A stretch of 64,000 nucleotides of DNA from Pseudomonadota bacterium (GTDB taxonomy: Bacteria > Campylobacterota > Campylobacteria > Campylobacterales > Sulfurimonadaceae): contig JAZDQA010000009.1 in the NCBI GenBank assembly GCA_043797085.1, positions 1 through 64,000 on the forward strand. The letters are read 5' to 3'. Each line of letters begins with the position of its first letter. The stretch's first letter is position 1. The translations under genes were made by a program, and so were the position numbers. Positions 39,493-49,532 of this stretch are shown piece after piece. The notes below the pieces were generated by a model, which did no database searches, was not told the origin of the DNA, and saw only the letters and a list, made by a program, of their open reading frames with translations.

Positions 39493-40197
39493 ATGAAGAA
39501 AAGAAATATTCTCTTCTTATTTTTGGGAACATTACTCCTCCCCTTATTTCTTTTTGGCAAACCCGTGGAAGAGATTACTCTTCAGCTTCGCTGGCTTTAC
39601 TATTCTCTCGCCATTGCCTTGGTGTTATTGGCGGCTATCGGTTTTACTGCCATATACATTTATCGGCTTAATTGTAAAATCAAAGAGCAAGCCATTCATG
39701 ATTCACTAACAGGTCTTTACAATCGCCGCTACATTGCTGAAATACTGCCTCGAGAAATAGTACGGGCGCAACGTGATATGACCCCATTATCCCTTGTAAT
39801 GATCGATTTAGACCATTTTAAAGTCATTAATGATACCTATGGACACGCAGCAGGGGATGCCGTACTAAAAAATGTTGCAGCATGTCTCCTTGAATCCATT
39901 CGCCAAAATGATTTTCTATGTCGTTTTGGCGGTGAAGAGTTTCTTATCGTTATGTCAGGGATAACCATGGATAAAGCATTCGTGCGGATGGAAGCGTGTC
40001 GCAAAAAAATTCAAAACAAGCTAACCATCTACGATGAGCATACGATTTCAGTCACGATTTCAGCCGGAATTTCTATGTTTCATCTCCATGGAACACACGA
40101 AGATGAACTCCTAAAAGCTGCCGATGACGCACTCTACGTAAGCAAAGCAAACGGCAGAAATCGAGTTTCACTCGCTCCAGTAAAAGAGTATGAATGA
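39493..40197 (+). CDS. Diguanylate cyclase, sensor-deleted paralogue of 36937..38508
   Basis: ATG at 39493 after GAGG; ..ITLQLRW joins directly to LYYSL; intact RFGGEEF. Confidence 0.85.
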   Translation: MKKRNILFLFLGTLLLPLFLFGKPVEEITLQLRWLYYSLAIALVLLAAIGFTAIYIYRLNCKIKEQAIHDSLTGLYNRRYIAEILPREIVRAQRDMTPLSLVMIDLDHFKVINDTYGHAAGDAVLKNVAACLLESIRQNDFLCRFGGEEFLIVMSGITMDKAFVRMEACRKKIQNKLTIYDEHTISVTISAGISMFHLHGTHEDELLKAADDALYVSKANGRNRVSLAPVKEYE

Positions 40198-40223
40198 AAC
40201 TTTTCAAAACAAGAGGTGCCGAA

Positions 40224-40319
40224 TTAATCTTTTTTCATCACCGCCCAAACAAAACCGCCTAACCCAACAGCTACTACGATCACCAAAAACCCGACTTGAA
40301 ACCAATCCATCATGCTCAT
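40224..40319 (-). CDS. Putative 31-aa single-pass membrane protein
   Basis: [35 protein letters not shown] overlap with the rlmN stop; GAGGT SD; not in ORF track. Confidence 0.65.
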   Translation of the reverse strand: MSMMDWFQVGFLVIVVAVGLGGFVWAVMKKD

Positions 40320-41392
40320 GATACAACCTCATTTAATTCTTTCTCTTTGAGTTGCCCGCACGCGGCACTGATGTCTAATCCCTTGGAATCACGAATCGTA
40401 CAAAGCACCCCGTGGGCATCTAAATAGTCTCTAAACTTCACCATGTCCGCACGCGTAGGACGTTCATAATCGCTTCCCTCATAGGGGTTAAAAAAGATAA
40501 GATTGACCTTTGCTTTAATCCCATGCAACAGCTTGACCAGTTTTTTTGCCGACACCAAATCATCATTTTTATTTTTGATAACCAAATACTCGAACATCAC
40601 CCGCTTGCGAGTATCGATAGGGAAACGTTTTACCGCATCAATGATGGAAGCTATGTTGTACGCTTTATTCATAGGGATCAGCTCAGTACGAAGTTCATCA
40701 TCAACCGCATGCAAAGATATGGCGATATGAACGCCCAAATCCATCTCTCCGAGCTTATCAATTTTGCTACTCAATCCACTCGTCGAAACCGTTTGCCGTT
40801 TGCCGGAAATCGAAAGACCGTCTTCATCTTTGAAAATCGTGATGGCTTTGGCTAAATTATCCAAATTATCGAGAGGTTCACCCATCCCCATATAAACGAT
40901 ATTAAGCCGTTTACTAGCAGCAAGCCCATTGTCTGCTTTCACCGCAAGCACTTGCGCTACGATTTCACCCGCACTCAAATCTCTCGTAAACCCGCCCTTG
41001 GCAGTCAGACAAAACGAGCATCCCACCTTACACCCCACCTGCGTCGAAACACACACCGTATAACGGGCTTCGTTTTCGATATTTCCCTCGTCGTCGATGA
41101 ACTCATCTTTCATCTTCAGCCACACCGTCTCGACGGTTTTACCGTCACTCAGTTCGAAGAGGTATTTGATCGTTCCGTCAGTAGAGCACTCTTTTCGGGC
41201 GATTTTGAGAGGCATGATTTCATACTCAGATGCCAACTCTTCGCGCATCGCTTTAGGGAGATTCGCCATCGTTTCAAAACTTGTCGCATACTGGTGATAA
41301 ATCCATCCCCAAATCTGTTTGGCACGAAACGAGGGTTTCACCATAGAGGTCAGCTCTGCTTTCGTAAAATCAAGAAGTGACAATTTAGCCAT
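40316..41392 (-). CDS. rlmN: 23S rRNA m2A2503 / tRNA methyltransferase
   Basis: [30 protein letters not shown]. Confidence 0.97.
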   Translation of the reverse strand: MAKLSLLDFTKAELTSMVKPSFRAKQIWGWIYHQYATSFETMANLPKAMREELASEYEIMPLKIARKECSTDGTIKYLFELSDGKTVETVWLKMKDEFIDDEGNIENEARYTVCVSTQVGCKVGCSFCLTAKGGFTRDLSAGEIVAQVLAVKADNGLAASKRLNIVYMGMGEPLDNLDNLAKAITIFKDEDGLSISGKRQTVSTSGLSSKIDKLGEMDLGVHIAISLHAVDDELRTELIPMNKAYNIASIIDAVKRFPIDTRKRVMFEYLVIKNKNDDLVSAKKLVKLLHGIKAKVNLIFFNPYEGSDYERPTRADMVKFRDYLDAHGVLCTIRDSKGLDISAACGQLKEKELNEVVS

Positions 41393-41921
41393 GTATTAAT
41401 CCTTTTGATTTTAGATGGTCACTTAAAAGCACTTTTGCAAACCCGTGATTGGCGATAAAATCGCGGTGAGCATTGGTATCACAGAAGTTTGTTATACAAA
41501 ACAATCCCCCCGCAGGAATCCCAAAAACTTGTGCCACACGCATAACGCTGAAAAACTCCATGTTTTCAATTCCTATCCCCAATGCTCTCATCTGCTCCAT
41601 TGCACGCTCACTTGTCGTAATGTAGTTCGAGGAGTTTACGATAACATCTTTGATGCTTTCAGTTTGTGCTGAAATCACATTGTCAATAGGCGTATAAGCA
41701 TTTTTATCTAAAAATCCTAACTCGATGTTAGCGCACGTTTTAGACTCTATTACATCGTGAATTTTGTGTTCGCCGTAACTTCCGGCACTCCCGACAAACA
41801 ATAAAAATTCTGGCTTTTGTGTTAAGCAAATACGGGTTAAACTCATAGCACTGTCGATCAATCCTACTCCGATGGGGGTCGCAAAATCAAACGTCTCGTT
41901 ATTGCCGGCACATAGTATCAT
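41385..41921 (-). CDS. Nucleoside phosphorylase-like protein
   Basis: IGVGL, GSAGSY, ENMEF, TNFC (PNP/UDP fold). Confidence 0.75.
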   Translation of the reverse strand: MILCAGNNETFDFATPIGVGLIDSAMSLTRICLTQKPEFLLFVGSAGSYGEHKIHDVIESKTCANIELGFLDKNAYTPIDNVISAQTESIKDVIVNSSNYITTSERAMEQMRALGIGIENMEFFSVMRVAQVFGIPAGGLFCITNFCDTNAHRDFIANHGFAKVLLSDHLKSKGLIHG

Positions 41922-42676
41922 AAGCGTACCGGAATCCCATTTGCACTCAAATACCGCTTCAAATCCATAATATCAATCTCTCGATAGTGAAAAATACTTG
42001 CTGCCAACGCCGCATCCGCACCGTGATCAAACGCTTCTTTGATGTGCTCCATCGTTCCCGCTCCGCCACTGGCGATCACAGGAATATTCACCGCACGACT
42101 GATTTGTTCTGTTATTGAAAGATCAAATCCTGCTTTCGTACCATCCGCATCCATAGAGGTTAGCAGTATCTCTCCTGCTCCGCGATTGACCACTTCTTTC
42201 GCCCACTCTAATGCATTAATACCCGTGTCAACTCGTCCGCCATTGAGATAGACATTCCACTGCTGGCCTGTGCGTTTCACATCGATAGCGACAACGATGC
42301 ACTGAGAGCCAAACCGCTTCGCCCCCTCATCAATAAATTCCGGGCGCTTAATTGCAGCAGAATTAATACTTACCTTGTCACATCCGACATTTAAAAGACG
42401 ATAAATATCATTGAGTTCCCGTATCCCGCCACCGACGGTAAGAGGGATAAAAACTTCACGCGCAACCTGCTCGACGATATGAACGATGGTATCACGCTCT
42501 TCATGCGATGCCGTAATGTCCAAAAAAGTCAGTTCATCTGCCCCCTCGTCGTTATAGCGTCTTGCTACTTCGACAGGATCACCCGCATCTTTGAGCCCAA
42601 CGAAGTTAACACCCTTCACAACACGACCGTCTTTGACATCCAAACAAGGAATGATCCGCTTTGCAAAATATTCCAT
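41918..42676 (-). CDS. hisF: Imidazole glycerol phosphate synthase cyclase subunit
   Basis: [29 protein letters not shown]; start at MEYF after the GGGGAG SD. Confidence 0.97.
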   Translation of the reverse strand: MEYFAKRIIPCLDVKDGRVVKGVNFVGLKDAGDPVEVARRYNDEGADELTFLDITASHEERDTIVHIVEQVAREVFIPLTVGGGIRELNDIYRLLNVGCDKVSINSAAIKRPEFIDEGAKRFGSQCIVVAIDVKRTGQQWNVYLNGGRVDTGINALEWAKEVVNRGAGEILLTSMDADGTKAGFDLSITEQISRAVNIPVIASGGAGTMEHIKEAFDHGADAALAASIFHYREIDIMDLKRYLSANGIPVRL

Positions 42677-42811
42677 CGTAAATCTCCCCTGCATAATTGC
42701 CGCAATTATAATCCAGCGTCACTTAACCCCCCATTACCAAATGTAACGATAAGAAAAATTTATCTTTTATCTAAAGCCGTAATTAACACTTTATTTGCTA
42801 TAATCGAAACA

Positions 42812-43588
42812 ATGCAAAATCGTTCCGCTATCGCCAAAAAGAGATTTGGTCAGAATTTTTTACGTGATGAAGCTGTTTTAGCGCAAATCATCCAATCGAT
42901 ACCCAATACATCCCATCGTATTGTGGAAATTGGGCCTGGATTAGGTGATTTAACTAACTATTTAGTTGATGTCAAAAGTGTTACTGCTTTTGAGGTTGAT
43001 ACCGACTTGTGCAAGCATTTACAGCACCATTTTGCCGATGCCATCGCTACCGATCGTTTAACCCTCCATTGTGGAGATGTGTTAGAACATTGGAAGAGTG
43101 AGCTTTTGGATGAACCGTACGATTTAGTGGCAAATTTGCCTTACTATATCGCAACCAATATCATCCTCAAAGCCCTCGCCGATCCGGCGTGCAAGAACTT
43201 GCTTGTCATGATACAGCGTGAAGTGGCGGAGAAATTTTCCGCCACACCCAATGAGAGAGCTTTTGGAGCCCTCAGCGTAATAACACAGAGCGTGGCGGAC
43301 GTAGAAATCGTTCTTCATGTTCCGCCTACTGCGTTTGAACCTGCTCCAAAAGTCGATTCTGCCGTACTGCTCATTTCAAAACGTGCGAATCGAAACGATG
43401 AAGGGTTTGAAGACTTTTTACGTGTTGCCTTTACACAGCCACGCAAAACCCTACACAAAAATCTCACTGCATGCTATGATGGTAATTCTTTGATTGAAGC
43501 GTTTAAAACGCTTGAATTAGAGCGTACTATCCGACCTCATCAGCTCTGCACATCTGACTTTCACCGGCTATACGCCCTTTTAAAATAA
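42812..43588 (+). CDS. rsmA: 16S rRNA m6,2A dimethyltransferase
   Basis: KKRFGQNFL, EIGPGLG, ANLPYYI, PAPKVDS. True start is 42812; the track's upstream extension overlaps hisF. Confidence 0.95.
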   Translation: MQNRSAIAKKRFGQNFLRDEAVLAQIIQSIPNTSHRIVEIGPGLGDLTNYLVDVKSVTAFEVDTDLCKHLQHHFADAIATDRLTLHCGDVLEHWKSELLDEPYDLVANLPYYIATNIILKALADPACKNLLVMIQREVAEKFSATPNERAFGALSVITQSVADVEIVLHVPPTAFEPAPKVDSAVLLISKRANRNDEGFEDFLRVAFTQPRKTLHKNLTACYDGNSLIEAFKTLELERTIRPHQLCTSDFHRLYALLK

Positions 43589-43667
43589 CTCTTTAAAGAG
43601 TTCAAAAACCGCGTAAGCACTATCGTATAAATAGAACTAAAATAATATTATAATAAAGGATATTCCT

Positions 43668-45806
43668 ATGGCTGATGAAACCACAGAAACAGGTGCTCAA
43701 CCTCAAACTGAGAACCGCGAACGACGGCCGAACAATAACCGTCGACCATTTCGCCCACGTAATGACACCCCTAGAATTGAGGGTGAAAATGCTGGCGAAC
43801 GACCAGAGGGTGAAAATCGCCCGCCGCGTCAAGACAACCGTCCTCCACGTACCGATAATCGCCCACCTCGTACGGACAACCGTCCTCCACGTACCGATAA
43901 TCGCCCACCTCGCACGGACAACCGTCCTCCTCGGGAAGACAACAGAACACCTCGCACTGAAGAGACTGGAAATGCTACTAATTTAGCACCTGAAAGTGAA
44001 AATCGTCCATCACGTGATCGTGGTGGACGTGGAGGTCGTCGTGGCTCTCCTGCAACCCCTATCGATACTAACCTACGTGATTTTGTCATGCAAAATCAAG
44101 AAGCACACAAAAATCGTCTTAATCCTCATTTCAAACTCAATCTTGAGAACAATGAAAAAGTACGTATTACTCCATTGGGCGGCTTGGGTGAAATCGGTGG
44201 AAATATAACCGTTATCGAAACCGAACACGAAGCGATCATCATCGACATCGGGATGAGTTTCCCGAGCGAAGATATGCACGGTGTTGATATTTTGGTTCCA
44301 GATTTCACTTACTTACGCGAAATTCGTAAAAAAATCGTAGCCGTCATCATCACACATGCTCACGAAGACCACATCGGAGCTGTTCCGTATTTTTTCAAAG
44401 AGATGCAATTCCCGATTTATGGAACGCCTCTTCCTCTTGCAATGATCGGCAATAAATTTGATGAACACCACATGCGTGAATACCGTCGCTATTTCAACCC
44501 GATTGTTAAACGTCAAGTGTACAAAATCGGAAATGAGTTTGAGATCGAATGGATGCACATGACCCACTCCATCATCGATTCATCTTCGTTGGCAATCACA
44601 ACCAAAGCAGGGACGATTATCCATACGGGTGACTTTAAAATCGACTTCACCCCGATTGATGGATACACAGCGGACATCCATCGTTTGGCCCATTATGGTG
44701 AAAAAGGGGTTTTGTGTCTCCTAAGTGACTCGACTAACTCTTATAACAAAGAGTGGACACCAAGTGAGCTTACTGTCGCAAGCGGATTTGATCGTATCTT
44801 CTCAAAAGCAGAAGGTCGTATCATTATGTCAACCTTTAGCTCGAATATTCACCGTGTGTATCAAGCAATCCAGTACGGGTTAAAATACAATCGTAAAGTA
44901 TGTGTTATCGGAAGATCGATGGAACGAAATCTCGAAGTGTGTATGCAGTATGACTACATCAAGCTTCCTAAAAACATCTTCATCGATGCAGAAGAAGCCA
45001 ACCGTATGAGCGATAAAGACGTTCTCATCGTCACCACCGGAAGCCAAGGAGAACCTAGTTCTGCTCTTTACCGAATGTCTATCGGGGAACATCGCCATAT
45101 CAAAATCAAACCAACTGATTTGATTGTCCTCTCTGCTCGTGCGATTCCGGGAAATGAGGGTTCTATTTCAGGAATGCTCAACTACCTACAGCGCGCAGGT
45201 GCAAGAGTCGCGAATGACCGCGATATTCACGTATCAGGTCATGGAAGCATGGAAGAGCAAAAGCTCATGCTCCGTCTTACTAATCCTAAATATTTCCTCC
45301 CCGTGCACGGTGAGTACAATCACATTATGAAACACCGCGATACCGCGATTGCATGCGGAGTTCCTGAGCGTAATATTTTGCTTATGAGTGATGGTGACAG
45401 TATCGAAGTCAGCAGTAAAATGATGCGTAAAGCTAAAACGGTTAAAACCGGTAAAACCTACATCGACAACCAAAACAACCACCAAATCGAAGACGATATC
45501 GTTATCGATCGTCAAAAAATGGCAAGCGAGGGGATGGTGGTTCTCGTTGCGCAAGTAAGTGCAGCCGATTCACGTCTTCTTTCCAAGCCTCTCGTTACCA
45601 GCTTCGGTCTTGTTGCCGATCGTAACGATAAAGCCTTTGCAAGTGAGATGGAAGATGTTCTTGAGCATTTCCTCATCAACCTCAAGCACGGCCTGATCGA
45701 AAATCCAAAAGCGCTGGAAAATGACTTACGCCAAGTAGTGCGTAAACACATCTACCGCAAAATGAAAAAATATCCTCTTATCGTTCCTCACGTATTCGTA
45801 ATGTAA
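43668..45806 (+). CDS. rnj: Ribonuclease J
   Basis: GGLGEIGGN, THAHEDHIG, HTGDFK, HVSGH, PVHGE; disordered N-terminal extension. Confidence 0.96.
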   Translation: MADETTETGAQPQTENRERRPNNNRRPFRPRNDTPRIEGENAGERPEGENRPPRQDNRPPRTDNRPPRTDNRPPRTDNRPPRTDNRPPREDNRTPRTEETGNATNLAPESENRPSRDRGGRGGRRGSPATPIDTNLRDFVMQNQEAHKNRLNPHFKLNLENNEKVRITPLGGLGEIGGNITVIETEHEAIIIDIGMSFPSEDMHGVDILVPDFTYLREIRKKIVAVIITHAHEDHIGAVPYFFKEMQFPIYGTPLPLAMIGNKFDEHHMREYRRYFNPIVKRQVYKIGNEFEIEWMHMTHSIIDSSSLAITTKAGTIIHTGDFKIDFTPIDGYTADIHRLAHYGEKGVLCLLSDSTNSYNKEWTPSELTVASGFDRIFSKAEGRIIMSTFSSNIHRVYQAIQYGLKYNRKVCVIGRSMERNLEVCMQYDYIKLPKNIFIDAEEANRMSDKDVLIVTTGSQGEPSSALYRMSIGEHRHIKIKPTDLIVLSARAIPGNEGSISGMLNYLQRAGARVANDRDIHVSGHGSMEEQKLMLRLTNPKYFLPVHGEYNHIMKHRDTAIACGVPERNILLMSDGDSIEVSSKMMRKAKTVKTGKTYIDNQNNHQIEDDIVIDRQKMASEGMVVLVAQVSAADSRLLSKPLVTSFGLVADRNDKAFASEMEDVLEHFLINLKHGLIENPKALENDLRQVVRKHIYRKMKKYPLIVPHVFVM
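43815..43961 (+). repeat. Coding tandem repeat, 7 x 21 bp (NRPPRTD)
   Basis: Alternating AATCGCCC../AACCGTCC.. units forming a 42-bp higher-order repeat. Confidence 0.9.
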
Positions 45807-45830
45807 AAGACGCTTTTAGCGTCTTTTACA
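45802..45830 (+). terminator. Terminator-like hairpin after rnj
   Basis: TGTAAAAGACGCT-TTT-AGCGTCTTTTACA. Confidence 0.7.
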
Positions 45831-45898
45831 CTTCTCTTCGTTATACTCTCTTAGAATTACTTCCATATAAATACTACCCTATTGCATAGGAATAATAA

Positions 45899-46738
45899 AT
45901 GTCAATTACAAAAATCAATGCCAAAGAAAATATTTTTGGAGACAATATCGCTTTTGTAGAAAAATGGGATTTTTCTCAGGCTAATACTTCAGAAGAAAAC
46001 CGTATTTTAGCAATCACTCAAGTCGCTTCAATCTGCTACCAGTCTCCAAAAGCTTTAGGCAGTGAAACGCTTTACAATCGTCTCATGGCGGAATCTATGG
46101 GGCTTCCCTCCAGTTCATTTGAATTTGTTCCCGTATTGCTTGATTACAATAATCCACAACATAAAGAACTACTCGAAAAAGAGCACAGTAACGTCAAAAA
46201 ATTTGGTGAACTTGTTGAAGATGACGCATATTTACTAACAAACTATCGTGCTATTGTGTATGATTATGAAAATAATAACAGCGGTTATAGCTATGATATA
46301 CGCCAAATCTACAACACTTCTAAAGAAGCTGAAATTATCCAAAAACACTTTCACGTATTTTTATACAAAGTTGACTTACCGACACGATCACAAATGGTGC
46401 GACACCGTGTGAACTGGCAAGAACTCTCACGTAGATACGTCTCAGGAAAACGAGTCCCATTTGATTTTTACATTAGCGAAAAAATGGTTCCGATCACTAC
46501 CAACGACTTTGATACACAAAAAATTATTGACTTATGCGTAGAGCATTATATGAATGCTATCGAGAATGGTGTTAAGCCCCAAGAAGCACGCAGAATCATC
46601 CCTCAGGCTGCCTATACTCAAATATGGGGAGGATTCATGCCTACACAGCTTGCCAATTACTTTAAATTGCGTCTTGACGAACATGCCCAATGGGAAATCA
46701 GAAAAACTGCTGAAGCGATGAGGGATTTAATTAGTTAA
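45899..46738 (+). CDS. thyX: FAD-dependent thymidylate synthase
   Basis: RHRVNWQELSRRY ThyX motif, QEARRIIP, LRLDEHAQWEIR. Confidence 0.9.
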   Translation: MSITKINAKENIFGDNIAFVEKWDFSQANTSEENRILAITQVASICYQSPKALGSETLYNRLMAESMGLPSSSFEFVPVLLDYNNPQHKELLEKEHSNVKKFGELVEDDAYLLTNYRAIVYDYENNNSGYSYDIRQIYNTSKEAEIIQKHFHVFLYKVDLPTRSQMVRHRVNWQELSRRYVSGKRVPFDFYISEKMVPITTNDFDTQKIIDLCVEHYMNAIENGVKPQEARRIIPQAAYTQIWGGFMPTQLANYFKLRLDEHAQWEIRKTAEAMRDLIS

Positions 46739-47776
46739 TAAACTTTTCGTATTGAGTTCGCTCAATACATAACTCTGAAAATCGCCCGTAAAGAGTTTCA
46801 TTGTCTTTATAACATCACTCAAAAATACATCTATATCATTTTCCTGCGAATTAAAGAATCTTCGTCCGTTTAGCTTGATTGCTTCTCCCTTTTCGTTAAT
46901 ATCTCGGAATGGGATATAAAAATAAGCTAATTTATTCTCATTCACACATGGAGTTGCGAATCCAATATAGCAATTTCGTTCAAATTCGAGTATGCCAGTA
47001 TTATGTACAAGGTCATTTCTAAGTTTGATAAGCGCATTGAAAATTTTATCCTCAACATAACCTTTAAGTGGTGTCTTTTTCAAATCAGAAAAATACGTTC
47101 TATTTAGGTTATAAAGATAAATTTTACTATCAGATGTTTTCGGGTCTATCAAATTCAAAAATTCACTCATGCGCCCTGCAACATCCAAAGCAGAACAAAA
47201 AGATATAATCGACATCGTTATTAATCCAGCAACTTTCGAATCGTGAGATATTACTTCGTTAGCATTTTCCCATCCACCCATTATTTGAATCTTGTATGGA
47301 ATATTATTTCTCATATTAGTCAAAAATTCAATATAGTGCTTAGCGCCTTGATCGACTAAAGAGAAAAAATCATCGTATAATTTATTAAAATCAACGAAAT
47401 TTGTCCATTTAATGTAATCTAATTCGCTTATTAATGAAGAATTTGTATACATCTCAAAAACTTTACCACGAACTTCAGTACCACCATTTCCATAACCATT
47501 TTCAGATATTGCACTTGGTAATAGATACTTATCTTTTAAAGACAAACTAAAAACTTTAGCCGTTTCTTTATCTAATTCATAGAATATTTTACGTATAAGA
47601 TTCCGCAACAGCTCAATACTATGTTCATCCTCAATCAAACTGACATTGAATTTTTTGAGCAATATTCCTTCATTAATTGAGTCAATTACAACCTTATTCC
47701 CTATTTGATCAACCATTTGATAACAATCATCTATTTGATAGATATCCAACCCTCGCGAACATAAATGTATTCTCAA
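46727..47776 (-). CDS. Hypothetical protein with probable C-terminal HEPN domain
   Basis: Visibly AT-rich; RNDLVH RxxxxH motif preceded by a SALD helix; TTG start. Confidence 0.6.
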   Translation of the reverse strand: MRIHLCSRGLDIYQIDDCYQMVDQIGNKVVIDSINEGILLKKFNVSLIEDEHSIELLRNLIRKIFYELDKETAKVFSLSLKDKYLLPSAISENGYGNGGTEVRGKVFEMYTNSSLISELDYIKWTNFVDFNKLYDDFFSLVDQGAKHYIEFLTNMRNNIPYKIQIMGGWENANEVISHDSKVAGLITMSIISFCSALDVAGRMSEFLNLIDPKTSDSKIYLYNLNRTYFSDLKKTPLKGYVEDKIFNALIKLRNDLVHNTGILEFERNCYIGFATPCVNENKLAYFYIPFRDINEKGEAIKLNGRRFFNSQENDIDVFLSDVIKTMKLFTGDFQSYVLSELNTKSLLTN

Positions 47777-47874
47777 CTTTCAATCCCCACATTCAAAAAT
47801 TTCATTTTGTTAACTCTACTTGAAATATTATTTTTATGTTACTATAGTATTCGAAAATAAGAGTGAGGTTTAAT

Positions 47875-48120
47875 ATGAAAAAAGAAATAATTGCATTATT
47901 GCTAGCTTTTTTAGCTATTTTTGGAGCAGGCTGTGCGCAAAAGCAACTTGGTATTAATGGGATGATTTGTCCGGAAGGTCACAGTGAAGAGCGTGTAAAA
48001 GCGGATTTTAGTGCGTGCAGATACTATAATCTTGATGATGCCGCAAAAGCAAATGCTGCGCCGATGTCAATAGAATGCAAAGAGTGTTTGGAGAAAAAGG
48101 GTTATAAGATAGAGAAGTAA
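47875..48120 (+). CDS. Small lipoprotein
   Basis: Lipobox GAGC after a hydrophobic stretch; CKEC motif. Confidence 0.75.
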   Translation: MKKEIIALLLAFLAIFGAGCAQKQLGINGMICPEGHSEERVKADFSACRYYNLDDAAKANAAPMSIECKECLEKKGYKIEK

Positions 48121-48129
48121 GAAGAAGGT

Positions 48130-48154
48130 TTAACTCGCCCAAAGGGAGAGTTAA
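48130..48154. terminator. Hairpin between convergent lipoprotein gene and rplT
   Basis: TTAACTCGCCC-AAA-GGGAGAGTTAA. Confidence 0.6.
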
Positions 48155-48157
48155 TCT

Positions 48158-48511
48158 TTACAGTGCTGCTTTGGAAAGAGCGGTGAGAGCAGTAAATGCT
48201 GCTGCGTCGTTCATTGCCATATCAGCTAGAATTTTGCGATCAAGTTCGATGTTACCACGTTTAAGACCGTTCATGAAAACTGAGTAGCTCATACCGTTCA
48301 AGCGACATGCCGCATTGATACGAATAATCCACAATTTACGAAATTCACGTTTTTTCTGTTTACGATCGCGGAACGCGTAGTACATACTACGTTCAAGTTG
48401 TTCTTTCGCTTTACGGAAGTGCTTATGTCTTCCGCTATAGAAACCACGTGCAAGTTTCAAGACTTTCTTATGACGTCGGCGTCTTACAACACCTGTTTTT
48501 ACTCTTGGCAT
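48158..48511 (-). CDS. rplT: 50S ribosomal protein L20
   Basis: [28 protein letters not shown]. Confidence 0.98.
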   Translation of the reverse strand: MPRVKTGVVRRRRHKKVLKLARGFYSGRHKHFRKAKEQLERSMYYAFRDRKQKKREFRKLWIIRINAACRLNGMSYSVFMNGLKRGNIELDRKILADMAMNDAAAFTALTALSKAAL

Positions 48512-48612
48512 ATTTTTCCTTTCTTTACCCGATTCATTTTAAAATTTAATGAATAGGTGCCGCTTAGCGGACTTGCCCAGTATTTACTGGAGAATTAAAC
48601 AATCGAGGCTAA

Positions 48613-48807
48613 TTAGCGTACGATCATCTTTTTGATGTTTTTCGCATCGACAGCAGCAACAATTTTAGGTGTTTTCTGCCCACGACGAGTCCCTGCATCT
48701 TGTTTGGTCAAAATGTGACTGCGAAATGCTGTCCCACGTTTGAGAGTGCCGTTTTTCTTCACTTTGAAGCGTTTTACCGCCCCTTTGACTGATTTCATTT
48801 TTGGCAT
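48613..48807 (-). CDS. rpmI: 50S ribosomal protein L35
   Basis: MPKMKS..KRFK..SHILTK. Confidence 0.97.
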   Translation of the reverse strand: MPKMKSVKGAVKRFKVKKNGTLKRGTAFRSHILTKQDAGTRRGQKTPKIVAAVDAKNIKKMIVR

Positions 48808-49001
48808 CGACTTGATCCTTTTGCAAAAATTCTCTGAATGAGACGCGGATTATACCATAAAAAAGCTTTATATACTGATGTTACGCGCTAAAATGAGCAA
48901 AGCCCCTTTTAGCGGCAAGGATATAAGCGTCCTTTACAATCCCCTAAAGCTTCCCGCATACGCGGGAGAAATGGGTAAGAAGAAAGGAGAGGGGGGTAAA
49001 A

Positions 49002-49532
49002 CTATTTTTTATCGTCTTTTTTCGGATGGACCATCATATTACAATAACGACCTTCCATAGCAGGAGTTTTGTACATTAGTCCAATGTCTTCAACCATAGG
49101 CCAAACGCGATTTAAAACGGCAACAGCGGCTTCTGGATGCGCCATCTCACGACCGCGCAAGAATACGCGGAAATGGACATGTTTTCCCTCTTCGAGAAAT
49201 TCACGTGCATGTTTCACTTTGTAGCTCACATCGTTTTCAGCAATCTTAACCGAAAGTTTAATCTCTTTAACTTCCACTTTTGTTTGCTTTTTACGTGCTT
49301 CTTTTTTCTTTTTCTCTTCTTGATAATGAAACTTACCGTAGTCCATGATCTTCGCAACCGGAGGTTTCGCATCCGGAGAGATCAATACGAGGTCAAGCCC
49401 CAGTTCGTTAGCTTTTGCCATCGCCTCTTGAATCGTTACAACTCCCAGTGCTTCACCACCATCTACTACACAACGTACCTCAGGAACTCGGATATCCTCG
49501 TTCATTTGGACTCGGTCTTGTTTTTTAATCAA
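49002..49532 (-). CDS. infC: Translation initiation factor IF-3
   Basis: [29 protein letters not shown]; non-AUG start (TTG ATT). Confidence 0.97.
   Translation of the reverse strand: MIKKQDRVQMNEDIRVPEVRCVVDGGEALGVVTIQEAMAKANELGLDLVLISPDAKPPVAKIMDYGKFHYQEEKKKKEARKKQTKVEVKEIKLSVKIAENDVSYKVKHAREFLEEGKHVHFRVFLRGREMAHPEAAVAVLNRVWPMVEDIGLMYKTPAMEGRYCNMMVHPKKDDKK

Noticed and set aside
42479..42811. N-terminal extension of RsmA in the ORF track
   Set aside because: It overlaps hisF on the opposite strand; family similarity begins at 42812.
43815..43961. Possible CRISPR array
   Set aside because: The units are contiguous, in-frame coding repeats without unique spacers; there are no cas genes in the window.
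49527..49532. Non-AUG start of infC as a novelty
   Set aside because: This is an established feature of IF3 autoregulation.
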